DNA of 64,000 bases from Sphingobacteriia bacterium (GTDB lineage: Bacteria; Bacteroidota; Bacteroidia; NS11-12g; UBA955). Position 1 is the stretch's first letter; every line of letters begins with the position of its first letter. A program made the position numbers and the translations under genes. The DNA lies in the NCBI GenBank assembly GCA_021151535.1, contig JAGKXC010000001.1, positions 14,601 through 78,600 on the forward strand, given 5' to 3'. Below, piece after piece: positions 1 through 10,303 of the stretch. The notes beneath the pieces are model-generated. The model did not search any database and was not told where the DNA came from. It worked only from the letters and a program-made list of their open reading frames with translations.

Positions 1-916
1 CTATTCCCATTCCAAAAGCAATAGTTGCCACAATTACATGACAATCTTCCATCAAAAATGCATCCTGATGTTGTGCCCTTACCTTAGAATCCAATCCCGC
101 ATGATAGGCCAATGCTTTGATGCCGTTCATGTTCAACATCTCCGCTATTTCTTCTACCTTTTTTCGCGATAAACAATAAATTATTCCCGATTTACCAGTT
201 CTTGCCTTGATAAATGAAATAATCTCCTTATGCACAATGTCCTTGCGTCCTTTTGGGCGAACCTGATAAAATAAATTCGAACGATTAAAAGAGCTTTTAA
301 ACAATTTTGCATCAGACATACCCAAATTCTTCTGAACATCCTGTTGCACCTTGGGTGTTGCGGTAGCAGTTAATGCAATCAATGGAACATCATCAATGGC
401 TTTTACCATTTGTTTTATACGGCGATATTCCGGTCTAAAATCATGACCCCATTCCGATATACAGTGAGCTTCATCAACTGCAACAAAAGAAATTTTAATC
501 TTCTTTAGTAAATCAATGGTTTCATCCTTTTTTAACGTTTCAGGAGCTACATACAACAGCTTTGTTTCACCAGATAAAATATCATTGGTAACTTGAGTTA
601 ATTCCGTTTTACTCAATGAACTATTAAGAAAATGCGCCAATGAACTACTCTGTGCGAATCCCCTGATGTTATCTACTTGATTTTTCATCAAAGCAATCAA
701 TGGAGAAATAACAATCGCCGTTCCCTCCATCATTACCGCAGGCAATTGGTAGCACATGCTTTTACCAGCGCCAGTTGGCATAATTACAAAGCAATCTTCG
801 CCTGATAAAATGCTATTGACTACATCCTCTTGGTTACCTTTAAAACCATCAAATCCAAAGAATTCCTTCAATACTCGTTTGGGGTCATAGACCACCGATG
901 CAACTTGGAGCGCCAT
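1..916 (-). CDS. recQ: ATP-dependent DNA helicase RecQ, N-terminal part (gene continues past window start; C-terminus not in window)
   Basis: Reverse-strand translation from ATG (rc) at ~914-916: MALQVASVVYDPKRVLKEFFGFDGFKGNQEDVVNSILSGEDCFVIMPTGAGKSMCYQLPA...DEAHCISEWGHDFRPEY...TATATPKV... Walker A (PTGAGKS) and DEAH box (DEAH) are typical of the RecQ family. The ORF is open to position 1. Confidence 0.8.
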   Translation of the reverse strand, partial: MALQVASVVYDPKRVLKEFFGFDGFKGNQEDVVNSILSGEDCFVIMPTGAGKSMCYQLPAVMMEGTAIVISPLIALMKNQVDNIRGFAQSSSLAHFLNSSLSKTELTQVTNDILSGETKLLYVAPETLKKDETIDLLKKIKISFVAVDEAHCISEWGHDFRPEYRRIKQMVKAIDDVPLIALTATATPKVQQDVQKNLGMSDAKLFKSSFNRSNLFYQVRPKGRKDIVHKEIISFIKARTGKSGIIYCLSRKKVEEIAEMLNMNGIKALAYHAGLDSKVRAQHQDAFLMEDCHVIVATIAFGMGI

Positions 917-1028
917 TACAGTTTTTAGAAATGTTATTAAGTGAGTTAAGTAGTGCTAAAGCGATGTGTGAAATTAATGAAAATTTAACGATTCTAAAAC
1001 CATTCAGTAGAAAAAATAGTAACCTTTC

Positions 1029-2042
1029 GTGCCATTTTTAATTATTTTGCACCAAAATCTACACAGCGTGTCAGAAAACACCCTCAATCATATCATTCAA
1101 CTTGGAAAATCCGCTATCAACGGCGAATTAAATTCCTTGAATAATTTAACCAATTTTATCAATGAAGACTTTGCAAACTGCATCAATGAAATTTTGCAAT
1201 CGCAAGCCAGAGTGATCATTACAGGTATTGGAAAAAGTGCAATTATCGCCCAAAAAATCGTCGCAACCATGAATTCAACCGGCCAACCCGCTCTATTCAT
1301 GCATGCAGCTGATGCTATTCATGGCGATTTGGGTATGATTCAAAAAAATGATACCGTAATCGTGATTTCAAAAAGCGGCAATACCCCCGAAATAAAAAGT
1401 TTAATCCCATTGATTAAACAATTCGGGAATTCCATCATCGCCATTGTTGGAAACACAGATTCATTCTTGGCTAAAAACAGCAAATTTATCCTCAATACAA
1501 CCATTGACCGTGAAGCTTGCCCCAACAACCTCGCCCCTACCACCTCCACAACTGCACAGTTATTAATGGGCGATGCACTTTCTATCGCCTTATTAGAAAT
1601 GCGCAATTTCTCAGCCAACGATTTTTCTAAATTTCATCCCGGCGGAGCCCTGGGTAAGCAATTATATTTACAATGCGAACATATTGCCCAAAATAATCCT
1701 AAACCTTTCGTAACATTAAATACTCCTTGGAAAGAAGTAATATTTAATATCTCCCAAAACCGCCTAGGTGCCACTGCAGTTGTAAATGATCAAAATTCAA
1801 TCATCGGAATCGTTACAGATGGCGATGTACGAAGAATGTTGGAAAATAATAACAACCTTGCAAATCTATGTGCTGAGCAAATCATGAGCCCATCACCCAC
1901 CACTTTGGATGCAGAAACTATGGCCATCGAAGCCGCCCAACTTATGCAAACAAAGAAAATTACTCAAATACCTATTACAAAAAACAATTTATACTTCGGC
2001 TTTGTACATTTGCACGACCTTTATCGCGAAGGAATTTTATGA
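1029..2042 (+). CDS. kdsD: KpsF/GutQ-family sugar isomerase (arabinose-5-phosphate isomerase, SIS domain + tandem CBS). GTG start at 1029 is uncertain; an alternative GTG lies near 1064.
   Basis: SIS motif GIGKSAIIAQKIVATMNSTGQPALFMHAADAIHGDLGMI and C-terminal CBS pair (ATAVVNDQNSIIGIVTDGDVRR ... TQIPITKNNLYFGFVHLHDL). Length is about 320-337 aa, as for KdsD. Confidence 0.7.
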   Translation: MPFLIILHQNLHSVSENTLNHIIQLGKSAINGELNSLNNLTNFINEDFANCINEILQSQARVIITGIGKSAIIAQKIVATMNSTGQPALFMHAADAIHGDLGMIQKNDTVIVISKSGNTPEIKSLIPLIKQFGNSIIAIVGNTDSFLAKNSKFILNTTIDREACPNNLAPTTSTTAQLLMGDALSIALLEMRNFSANDFSKFHPGGALGKQLYLQCEHIAQNNPKPFVTLNTPWKEVIFNISQNRLGATAVVNDQNSIIGIVTDGDVRRMLENNNNLANLCAEQIMSPSPTTLDAETMAIEAAQLMQTKKITQIPITKNNLYFGFVHLHDLYREGIL

Positions 2043-3121
2043 CCCAAAATAAAAATCATTATGTAATCATCATGGCTGGAGGTATCGGATCTCGCTTTTG
2101 GCCGGTGAGTAAAAAATCCTTCCCTAAGCAATTCATTGATATTTTAGGAACTGGCGAATCCCTTATAAAACAAACATTTAATCGATTTACTCACTTAGTA
2201 CCAGAAGAAAATATCTTTATAGTAACCAATAAAGATTACGCAGAATTGGTTCAGGAACATATCCCACAGATTAAAACTTCCAGAATCATTTTAGAACCTT
2301 CAGCAAAAAACACAGCGCCTTGTATTGCTTTGGCTAATTTGCATATCAAATCAATCAATCCTGAAGCAACCATCCTTGTGGCTCCTAGCGATCATCTAAT
2401 ATTGAGCGAAATAAAATTTATCCAAACTGCAAAAGTTGCAATTTCATTTGCAGAATCTAATCCATCTCTTCTAACACTTGGAATTAAACCAACAAGACCA
2501 GACACTGGATACGGTTATATTCAATTTAATAAAACTGAATTACAAGATGGCATCTATAAAGTAAAAACCTTCACAGAAAAACCAACCCTAGATATCGCCA
2601 TAAGCTTCCTTGAAAGCAAAGAATTTCTTTGGAATGCAGGCATCTTCGTTTGGTCATTGAAATCCATTTCTAATAGTATTGAACAACACCTACCAGAAAT
2701 TCACCAATTGTTTGCAGAACTAGATGTGAATGCACCAAATTATCATGTTGAATTAGAAAAATCATACGCACAATGCCCTTCTATTTCTATCGATTATGGA
2801 ATCATGGAAAAAGACGATTTTGTTTGTGTACTTCCTTCTGAATTTGGTTGGAGCGATTTAGGAACTTGGAAATCACTTTGGGATGTGTCTGATAAAGACC
2901 CATACCAAAATGCCCTCATTGGTAAAAATACCCACGCATTTGATTCCAAAAACTCCTTGGTATTCAACGATACAGACAAACTCGTTGTTATTTCAGGTGT
3001 TGATAATCTTGTAGTTGTGGAATCTCAAAATGTACTTTTGGTAATCAACAATGAAAAAGAACAAGAAGTTAAAACTGTAGTTGGAGCAATTAAAGATCAA
3101 TACAAAGGAAAATACGATTGA
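2039..3121 (+). CDS. mannose-1-phosphate guanylyltransferase (GDP-mannose pyrophosphorylase, nucleotidyltransferase fold)
   Basis: N-terminus MTQNKNHYVIIMAGGIGSRFWPVSKKSFPKQF has the GGxGxRxxP sugar-nucleotidyltransferase motif. 360 aa. The start overlaps the upstream stop (ATGA at 2039-2042), suggesting translational coupling. Confidence 0.7.
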   Translation: MTQNKNHYVIIMAGGIGSRFWPVSKKSFPKQFIDILGTGESLIKQTFNRFTHLVPEENIFIVTNKDYAELVQEHIPQIKTSRIILEPSAKNTAPCIALANLHIKSINPEATILVAPSDHLILSEIKFIQTAKVAISFAESNPSLLTLGIKPTRPDTGYGYIQFNKTELQDGIYKVKTFTEKPTLDIAISFLESKEFLWNAGIFVWSLKSISNSIEQHLPEIHQLFAELDVNAPNYHVELEKSYAQCPSISIDYGIMEKDDFVCVLPSEFGWSDLGTWKSLWDVSDKDPYQNALIGKNTHAFDSKNSLVFNDTDKLVVISGVDNLVVVESQNVLLVINNEKEQEVKTVVGAIKDQYKGKYD

Positions 3122-3171
3122 TTTTGTAGGATTTTTTTGAAATCTTTGGTAATTTTTTTTATTTTTGTATT

Positions 3172-3189
3172 GTTATCGAATTCGATAAC
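3172..3189. repeat. 18-bp perfect palindrome GTTATCGAATTCGATAAC (contains an EcoRI site) in the intergenic region upstream of the DMT transporter gene; candidate operator
   Basis: Read directly from the sequence; its reverse complement is identical. The surrounding region is a T-rich spacer. Confidence 0.35.
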
Positions 3190-3224
3190 GCCAACTGTTA
3201 CGCGCTTTTATATACCAACATCCT

Positions 3225-3256
3225 GGCCGTGCCAAAAGCGCGGCCTTGATTTTTTA
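3225..3256 (+). terminator. Rho-independent terminator after the guanylyltransferase gene
   Basis: GGCCGTGC-caaaa-GCGCGGCC stem (8 bp with one G-U) followed by TTGATTTTTT. Confidence 0.5.
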
Positions 3257-3287
3257 AAGCCAATCCACTTCAAACCCATTTGTAATT

Positions 3288-4235
3288 ATGTCTAACCGAG
3301 CAAAAGCCCTCTTAGCACTTCACATTGCCGTATTTCTTTGGGGATTCACTGCTATTCTCGGAAAACTAATTTCCTATGGCTCAATCACCCTTGTTTGGCA
3401 CCGCATGCTTCTAACAGGGGCAATTTATTTACTCATTCCTGCCGTTTGGAAAAGCTTAAAAGGAATTACCCCAAAAACAATCATCACATTCGCATTAATC
3501 GGATTGGTAGTTTGTGCTCATTGGTTAACTTTTTATGGATCAATCAAATTGGGAAATTCCGTTTCCATTACTCTGGCTTGCTTAGGCTCAGCCTCATTCT
3601 TTGCTTCAATCATTGAACCTTTAGTTTTGAAACAACCTTTTTCAAAACGCGACATGGGAATCGGGCTTTTTGTAATCCTCGGAATTCTGCTGATTTACTA
3701 TTCATCCCAATTCTCAAATTCTAAAAATAATCTTCAAAACACCTCTTTAACCAACGCCATTTTAACCGGATTACTTAGCGCCGCCCTGGCAGCAATCTTT
3801 ACTTCCCTTAACAAAAAGTATATTACAACCGCACATCCCCTTGCAATTTCAACCATTGAGATGATTTCAGGTGCTCTGGCACTAACCTTGATAATTCCTG
3901 TTTATCTACCAGAAATTCCTGCTTTTCCATCCTTAGATTTCACAGCACTCAATGCAAATAATTTCATGAGCGGACCTTGGGATATCATTTGGATCCTGAT
4001 CCTAGCCGTTCTGTGCACCAATTTAACTTTTTATCTTGGCACTTATGCGCTTAACCATTTAAGTGCATTTACAAGCAATTTAACAGTAAATCTGGAGCCC
4101 ATTTATGGCATAATATTAGGTGCCGTAATTTTCAACGAAAACAAAGAATTGAATACCGATTTCTACCTAGGTACATCCATGATTCTTCTGGCGATATTCA
4201 CCCAAGCTTACTTAAGCACTAAGAAAAATAAATAG
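3288..4235 (+). CDS. DMT-superfamily (EamA-like) permease, about 10 TM helices
   Basis: 315 aa, hydrophobic throughout, with two repeated 5-TM halves (HIAVFLWGFTAILGK... / AISTIEMISGALALTLIIPV...) typical of EamA/RhaT transporters. Confidence 0.55.
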   Translation: MSNRAKALLALHIAVFLWGFTAILGKLISYGSITLVWHRMLLTGAIYLLIPAVWKSLKGITPKTIITFALIGLVVCAHWLTFYGSIKLGNSVSITLACLGSASFFASIIEPLVLKQPFSKRDMGIGLFVILGILLIYYSSQFSNSKNNLQNTSLTNAILTGLLSAALAAIFTSLNKKYITTAHPLAISTIEMISGALALTLIIPVYLPEIPAFPSLDFTALNANNFMSGPWDIIWILILAVLCTNLTFYLGTYALNHLSAFTSNLTVNLEPIYGIILGAVIFNENKELNTDFYLGTSMILLAIFTQAYLSTKKNK

Positions 4236-4265
4236 ATCAGGGAGCAATTATCGCCTCCCACAATT

Positions 4266-5744
4266 TTAATATGCCTTGGCAAATACTACCCTGCCAGCAC
4301 TTGGCTTGCCAGTTAATACACAAACACCCGCCTCTTCCTTACGGTCTAATGGAATACAACGAATGGTTGCTTTGGTCATCTCCTTGATCTTCTCCTCCGT
4401 TTCGCCCGTTCCATCCCAATGTGCCATTGCAAATCCTTCTTTCACCTGAATTACATCCAAAAACTCCTCCCAAGAATTCACCTCAAACACCTTCTCATTT
4501 CTCCATTCTTGTGCCCTGTTAAACAAGTTGCTTTGAATATCATCTAGCAAATTCGATACATAGTCTATCACCCCATCCATCGCTACCACATTTTTTTCTT
4601 TTGTATCTCTTCTGGCGATTTCTATCGTTCCGTTTTCTAAATCTCTATTTCCAACAGCAAGCCTTACTGGTACACCTTTCAGTTCCCATTCAGCAAATTT
4701 AAACCCTGGCTTCAACGTGTCTCTATGATCAAATTTCACCGTAATTCCCAACTTCTTCCAAGCCTGTATAAATGGAGCCATGGCTGCCTCTATTTTTTGC
4801 AAATCTTCCTCCGTTTTGAATACAGGTACTATCACTACATGAATGGGTGCCAACTTAGGTGGTAAAACCAATCCCTCATCATCAGAATGAACCATAATTA
4901 ATGCTCCCATCAATCGGGTTGAAACACCCCAACTTGTTGCCCATACATGCTCCAACTTGCCTTCTTTACTCTGGAATTTAACGTCAAATGCCTTTGCAAA
5001 ATTCTGACCTAAAAAGTGTGAAGTTCCCATCTGTAACGCCTTTCCATCTTGCATCATCCCCTCAATACAATAGGTATCATCAGCACCTGCAAATCGCTCG
5101 TTCTCTGTCTTTACACCTTTAATAACAGGAATCGCCATGAAATTTTCTGCAAACTCCGCATACACTTCCAACATTTTCACAGTTTCCTCAATCGCTTCCG
5201 CCTTTGTAGCATGAGCTGTATGTCCTTCCTGCCACAAAAATTCTGCAGTTCTTAAGAACAATCTTGTTCTCATCTCCCACCTCACAACATTCGCCCATTG
5301 GTTAATCAAAATTGGCAAATCTCTGTAACTCTGAATCCAGTTTCTATAGGTATTCCAAATAATAGCTTCACTCGTAGGTCGTACCACCAGTTCCTCTTCC
5401 AATTTGGAATCAGGATCCGCCATCAACGTACCTGGCTTATCAGGATTAGCCTTCAAACGGTAATGCGTTACAACAGCACACTCCTTAGCAAATCCTTCCG
5501 CATTCTTCTCTTCCTTCTCAAATAAACTTTTTGGTACAAACAATGGAAAATAGGCATTGGTATGTCCTGTTTCTTTAAACATATCATCCAATTGGCGTTG
5601 AATCTTCTCCCAAATTGCATATCCATAAGGCTTTATTACCATGCATCCTTTAACTGCACTATGTTCAGCCAGGTCCGCATTTTTAACCAATTGATTATAC
5701 CATTCGCTATAATTTTCCGATCTTTTTACTTTTTCAAAAGCCAT
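4266..5744 (-). CDS. proS: proline--tRNA ligase (archaeal/eukaryote-like class II ProRS, the type usual in Bacteroidota)
   Basis: [49 protein letters not shown]...; class II motifs present; C-terminal ...VFAKAY. Start taken at the MAFEK Met (5744) rather than the track start 5762 because a TAnnTTTG -7 motif sits at ~5760-5767. Confidence 0.85.
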   Translation of the reverse strand: MAFEKVKRSENYSEWYNQLVKNADLAEHSAVKGCMVIKPYGYAIWEKIQRQLDDMFKETGHTNAYFPLFVPKSLFEKEEKNAEGFAKECAVVTHYRLKANPDKPGTLMADPDSKLEEELVVRPTSEAIIWNTYRNWIQSYRDLPILINQWANVVRWEMRTRLFLRTAEFLWQEGHTAHATKAEAIEETVKMLEVYAEFAENFMAIPVIKGVKTENERFAGADDTYCIEGMMQDGKALQMGTSHFLGQNFAKAFDVKFQSKEGKLEHVWATSWGVSTRLMGALIMVHSDDEGLVLPPKLAPIHVVIVPVFKTEEDLQKIEAAMAPFIQAWKKLGITVKFDHRDTLKPGFKFAEWELKGVPVRLAVGNRDLENGTIEIARRDTKEKNVVAMDGVIDYVSNLLDDIQSNLFNRAQEWRNEKVFEVNSWEEFLDVIQVKEGFAMAHWDGTGETEEKIKEMTKATIRCIPLDRKEEAGVCVLTGKPSAGRVVFAKAY

Positions 5745-5759
5745 AATCCTATTTAAAAA

Positions 5760-5767
5760 CAAAAATA
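5760..5767 (-). promoter_or_regulatory. candidate Bacteroidota sigma-A -7 element (TATTTTTG on minus strand) for proS
   Basis: Reverse complement of caaaaata; 15 nt upstream of the proposed proS ATG. Confidence 0.3.
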
Positions 5768-5771
5768 AGCA

Positions 5772-5806
5772 TAAAAAAAGAGTCCCAACCTATCGATTGG
5801 GACTCT
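5772..5806 (-). terminator. Rho-independent terminator for nrdJ (hairpin plus T-run on minus strand)
   Basis: AGAGTCCCAA-cctatcga-TTGGGACTCT 10-bp perfect stem at ~5779-5806. On the minus strand it is followed by TTTTTTTA (plus-strand 5771-5778). Confidence 0.55.
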
Positions 5807-5835
5807 TTATAATGTTTAATGTTAAATGACTATTA

Positions 5836-8800
5836 TTAACTACAACCTAAACTATTACCGCAATTCAAACACTTATAACATGTGCCAGATCTAACAGTAA
5901 TATGTCCACAACCATTACAAGCCGGAGCATCAGTTTGTACTTCCTTCAAATAATCTTGCATGTCTTTTTTAGATTGCAATGGCTCATCCATGGAAACTAC
6001 GGGTTGAGCAGCAGCTTTCGTTGGTTGAGGCGCCAAACTTACCAATGGCACAAACTCACTAACAACTGGTGGTTCTACTTTATCCGTTGAACGCATTTCA
6101 GAAGGCTTAACTTGAACCAAATCATCTCTTCTCAAATATTCAAATCCTAACAATCTGAAGATGTAGTCTACAATTGAAGTTGCATTCTTGATATTTGGAT
6201 GACCCTCAACCATTCCGCTTGGCTCGAAACGTGTAAATGCAAACTTATCTACAAACTCTTCCAAAGGAACACCATACTGCAAACCTACAGAAACTGCAAT
6301 AGAGAAACAGTTCATCAAACTTCTGAAACTCGCTCCCTCTTTGTGCATATCAATGAAGATTTCACCCAATGTTCCGTCATCATATTCACCCGTTCTTACA
6401 AAGATTGTCTGCCCTCCAACTCTACCCTTTTGAGTAAACCCATTTCTGCGATTTGGTAAACGCTTCTTTTCTACAATATTTGATAACTGACGCTTGAACT
6501 TAGTATCTGTGCTCTCATTCAAGATTCTCTTCGCAGCTTCTAATACGATCTCAGGAGTTAACTCTTCAGCAATTTTAACAACTGAAGATCCTGATACCGC
6601 TTTATCTGTTGAAGCTGAAGCAGATTCTTCCTTATCATCAGCACTTTCAGATTTATTACTTAAAGGCTGACTCAATTTACAACCATCTCTGTACAACGCA
6701 TTCGCTTTCAAGCCCAATTTCCAACTCATTTCGTAGCAAGATTTAATATCATCAACAGTAGCCTCATTTGGCAAGTTGATGGTCTTACTAATCGCACCAG
6801 AAATAAATGGTTGTGCAGCACCCATCATGCGAATATGAGCATGTGCATGGATATAACGCTCACCCTTGTTACCACAACGGTTGGCGCAATCAAATACCGG
6901 ATAGTGTTCCTCTTTCAAGAATGGAGCACCCTCAATTGTCATTGTGCCTGCCACATAATCATTTGTTTCATTAATTTGCTCGCGAGTAAAGCCCAACGCT
7001 TGCAACATATTAAACTTAGGACTGTTGTACTGTTCTGCAGTAAAGCCCAAACGCTGCATAGTTTCTTCACCCAAAGTATATTGGTTGAATACAAATCCAA
7101 TTTCAAATGCCATTGGAGCTTCTTTCTCAATTTTCGCCAAATCTGCCTCATTGAAACCCTTTGCTGTCAATGATTCATGGTTGATATGAGGTGCGCCAAC
7201 GAAAGTCTGATAACCTTTTGCGTAGTTAACAATTGCATCTATCTCTTCTTGAGGATAACCCAAGTTTTTCAATGCCAATGGAACAGTGTTGTTTACAATC
7301 TTGAAGTATCCACCACCAGACAATTTCTTGTACTTAACCAAAGCAAAATCAGGCTCAATACCTGTAGTATCGCAATCCATCAACAAACCAATGGTTCCTG
7401 TTGGCGCAATTACCGTAGATTGTGCATTTCTAAATCCATATTTTTCACCCCACTGTACAGCCTTATCCCATGAGTTACAAGCAGCTTTCAATAGGTAATC
7501 AGGACAGAATTTTTCATTCAAACATACAGGTGAAATACCCAAACCTTCAAATGCCAATGGTGTATTATAAGCAGCATAACGGTGATTGCGAATTACACGC
7601 ATCATATGCTTTTTATTCTTTTCATACATGCGGAATGGACCCTTAACAGCAGCCATCTCAGCTGATGTAGCGTAAGCAGTACCCGTTAAAATCGCCGTAA
7701 CCGCACCACAAATCGCTGTAGCCTCTTCACTGTCGTAAGGAATACCCGCACTCATTAATACAGAACCTAAGTTCGCATATCCCAATCCCAATGTGCGATA
7801 GTCATAACTCAACTGCGCAACTTCTTTACTTGGGAACTGAGCCATCAAAACAGAAATTTCCAATACAGCCGTCCAAAGTCTTGAAGCATATTCCAATGCA
7901 TCAACATCAAATGTGCAAGCATCTTCACTGAAGAATTTACGCAAATTCAACGATGCCAAATTACAAGCTGTGTTATCTAAGAACATATACTCGCTGCAAG
8001 GATTAGAAGCATTAATTCTTCCTCCCTCAGGACAAGTATGCCATTCGTTGATGGTATCATCGTACTGAACACCAGGATCAGCACAAGCCCATGCAGCATC
8101 GCCAATTGCATCCCAAACTTGTTGAGAAGGCAATGATTTCATTACTTGACCGTTAGAACGGGCGATGAAATCCCAATCTTCACCTTTCTCTAATTTCTCA
8201 AAAAATCTATGAGGAATACGAACTGAGTTGTTACTGTTCTGTCCAGATACAGTTGCATATGCCTCACCTTCGTAATCACTCGCATAACCAGCTTGAATCA
8301 AAGCCGCTACCTTTCTTTCTTCATCCTTCTTCCAGTTGATAAACTCCATGGCTTCAGGGTGATCTAAATCCAAACAAACCATCTTAGCCGCTCTACGTGT
8401 GGTACCTCCACTCTTGATAGCTCCCGCAGCGCGGTCACCAATCTTCAAGAAACTCATCAAACCACTACTTGTTCCTCCACCACTTAGCTTTTCACCCGCT
8501 CCACGTACACCACTAAAGTTAGTTCCAACTCCTGAACCATATTTGAAAATTCTCGCCTCTCTTACCCACAAATCCATAATACCACCCTCGTTTACCAAAT
8601 CATCATCAACACTCAAAATAAAACAAGCATGTGGCTGTGGACGCTCATACGCAGAAGTACTCTTCATCAACTTCTCTGTATCAGGATCTACAAAATAATG
8701 ACCCTGTGGCTTACCTGTAATGGCATAACTACTATACAAACCCGTATTAAACCATTGTGGTGAATTAGGTGCAGCTTCCTGATTCAACATCGAATAAACC

Positions 8801-9165
8801 AACTCGTCATAAAACACTTGCGCGTCTGCCGCAGTCTCAAAATAACCATAACGCTCTCCCCAACCTCTCCAGCAATCTGCCAATCTATGAACAACCTGCT
8901 TTACAGATGTCTCACTTCCCAAACTTCCATCCGGTTGTGGTACACCCGCCTTCCTGAAATATTTCTGTGCCATGATATCCGTAGCAACCTGACTCCATCC
9001 CTTGGGAACCTCTACGTTCTTCATCTCAAATACAATACTTCCATCTGGCTTCTTAATTACAGACGTTCTGTAGTCGTACTCAAATAAATCATAAGGACTA
9101 ACTCCATCAACGGTGCGATGGCGATTGAAATTCAATCCTTTTGTGTTAACAGTTTGCTTGCTCAT
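5836..9165 (-). CDS. nrdJ: adenosylcobalamin-dependent ribonucleoside-diphosphate reductase (class II RNR) with C-terminal Cys-rich zinc ribbon
   Basis: 1109 aa. N-terminus [43 protein letters not shown]...; catalytic-core motifs ([16 protein letters not shown], thiyl-radical Cys region); C-terminus [27 protein letters not shown]. Confidence 0.85.
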   Translation of the reverse strand: MSKQTVNTKGLNFNRHRTVDGVSPYDLFEYDYRTSVIKKPDGSIVFEMKNVEVPKGWSQVATDIMAQKYFRKAGVPQPDGSLGSETSVKQVVHRLADCWRGWGERYGYFETAADAQVFYDELVYSMLNQEAAPNSPQWFNTGLYSSYAITGKPQGHYFVDPDTEKLMKSTSAYERPQPHACFILSVDDDLVNEGGIMDLWVREARIFKYGSGVGTNFSGVRGAGEKLSGGGTSSGLMSFLKIGDRAAGAIKSGGTTRRAAKMVCLDLDHPEAMEFINWKKDEERKVAALIQAGYASDYEGEAYATVSGQNSNNSVRIPHRFFEKLEKGEDWDFIARSNGQVMKSLPSQQVWDAIGDAAWACADPGVQYDDTINEWHTCPEGGRINASNPCSEYMFLDNTACNLASLNLRKFFSEDACTFDVDALEYASRLWTAVLEISVLMAQFPSKEVAQLSYDYRTLGLGYANLGSVLMSAGIPYDSEEATAICGAVTAILTGTAYATSAEMAAVKGPFRMYEKNKKHMMRVIRNHRYAAYNTPLAFEGLGISPVCLNEKFCPDYLLKAACNSWDKAVQWGEKYGFRNAQSTVIAPTGTIGLLMDCDTTGIEPDFALVKYKKLSGGGYFKIVNNTVPLALKNLGYPQEEIDAIVNYAKGYQTFVGAPHINHESLTAKGFNEADLAKIEKEAPMAFEIGFVFNQYTLGEETMQRLGFTAEQYNSPKFNMLQALGFTREQINETNDYVAGTMTIEGAPFLKEEHYPVFDCANRCGNKGERYIHAHAHIRMMGAAQPFISGAISKTINLPNEATVDDIKSCYEMSWKLGLKANALYRDGCKLSQPLSNKSESADDKEESASASTDKAVSGSSVVKIAEELTPEIVLEAAKRILNESTDTKFKRQLSNIVEKKRLPNRRNGFTQKGRVGGQTIFVRTGEYDDGTLGEIFIDMHKEGASFRSLMNCFSIAVSVGLQYGVPLEEFVDKFAFTRFEPSGMVEGHPNIKNATSIVDYIFRLLGFEYLRRDDLVQVKPSEMRSTDKVEPPVVSEFVPLVSLAPQPTKAAAQPVVSMDEPLQSKKDMQDYLKEVQTDAPACNGCGHITVRSGTCYKCLNCGNSLGCS

Positions 9166-9495
9166 GGGTTTGTTATTTCTTTGTTAAGTGTTGGTTTTTT
9201 TGAACCGCTTCTTCAACGGTGAACAACAAAACTATTTCATATAGATGTCACTTTCATAAACGTCTTATCCACACAATTTATCAAAACCCACGTCCCTATT
9301 GGTTTTTCGATGTTGAAAAACAAAATTGTGTTTTTAATCAATTGAAAATCAATAACTTAAATCTATCTGTCAGAAAATCACACACATACGAGTGACATGT
9401 TTTATAGACACTCACTTTCACTCACTAAGCAAAGCCCTAGTATTATCAATACTTCCCACAACTTCCAAAAATTTATTATTATTTTGCAACTAATA

Positions 9496-10233
9496 ATGAT
9501 TCTCAACAAACTAGAAAATATCGCCCTGGAAAATCAAAAAATCTTGGTGGTATTATGTGACCCTGATAACCATCCAGATACCATTAAAAAACATGTATCT
9601 TCCGCTATTCAAAATGGCATCCAATGGTTTTTAGTTGGAGGTAGCCTTATTTCTCAAGGAAATACACAACATACTGTTGAACTTATTAAATCCCTCGGCG
9701 CCAAATATGTTATTCTCTTCCCTGGTTCTGACATGCAAGTAGTGCCAAACGCCGATGCAATACTCTTCATGAGCCTCATCTCTGGTAGAAACCCTGAATA
9801 CCTAATCGCAAAACAAACCGCAGCAGCCCCATTCGTTCACAAATACCAATTAGAACCCATCCCTACCGGATATATGCTCGTGGAAAGCGGAAAACTTACG
9901 TCAGCACAATATATCTCTGGTACACTACCACTTCCAAACGACAAACCCGATATCGCCGCCGCAACAGCCTTAGCCGGCAAAATGCTTGGTATGAAACTGT
10001 TTTACCTAGATGCAGGTAGCGGTGCCCAATTCACCATACCCGGAAAAATTATCCAAGCCGTCAAAAAATCAACCCAAGCCATCGTTTTCGTCGGCGGCGG
10101 CATTAGAACACCTTCAGCCGCAATGAATGCCTGGAACAATGGTGCCAACGCTGTGGTTGTAGGTAACGGTGTTTTTGAAGATGAAAATCTAGTTCACAAT
10201 ATCTTGCATACAATGCAAATTCCACAACAATAA
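9496..10233 (+). CDS. geranylgeranylglyceryl/heptaprenylglyceryl phosphate synthase family protein (PcrB/GGGPS TIM barrel)
   Basis: MILNKLENIALENQKILVVLCDPDNH...WFLVGGSLISQGN...LFYLDAGSGA...VFVGGGIRTPSAAMNAWNNGANAVVVGNGVFED matches GGGPS/PcrB signature regions. The upstream in-frame extension from 9397 (MFYRHSLS...) has no family support, so the start is placed at the Met at 9496. Confidence 0.65.
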   Translation: MILNKLENIALENQKILVVLCDPDNHPDTIKKHVSSAIQNGIQWFLVGGSLISQGNTQHTVELIKSLGAKYVILFPGSDMQVVPNADAILFMSLISGRNPEYLIAKQTAAAPFVHKYQLEPIPTGYMLVESGKLTSAQYISGTLPLPNDKPDIAAATALAGKMLGMKLFYLDAGSGAQFTIPGKIIQAVKKSTQAIVFVGGGIRTPSAAMNAWNNGANAVVVGNGVFEDENLVHNILHTMQIPQQ

Positions 10234-10303
10234 TTTCTGCTTTTCCCCCACTTCTTCCAACCCATTATCGATATTCGCCCCCTCATTCCATATTCATCCC
10301 ATC

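Noticed and set aside
1097-1618. Minus-strand ORFs 1097..1300 and 1340..1618 inside the kdsD-like gene
   Set aside because: They are antisense shadow ORFs wholly within a well-supported, longer, family-assignable CDS, with no signal or motif support. I dismissed the many 60-120 aa antisense ORFs inside proS, nrdJ, polA, the T9SS gene and others in the track for the same reason.
9166-9395. Cobalamin riboswitch upstream of nrdJ
   Set aside because: I looked for a B12-box-like element on the minus strand and found none; the leader contains no GCC triplet at all, so a riboswitch is unlikely. Only Rfam cmscan could confirm this.
9397-9495. N-terminal 33-codon extension of the GGGPS ORF (MFYRHSLSLTKQ...)
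   Set aside because: The extension has no similarity to the GGGPS family and lies in the divergent promoter region. The Met at 9496 gives the expected ~246-aa protein.
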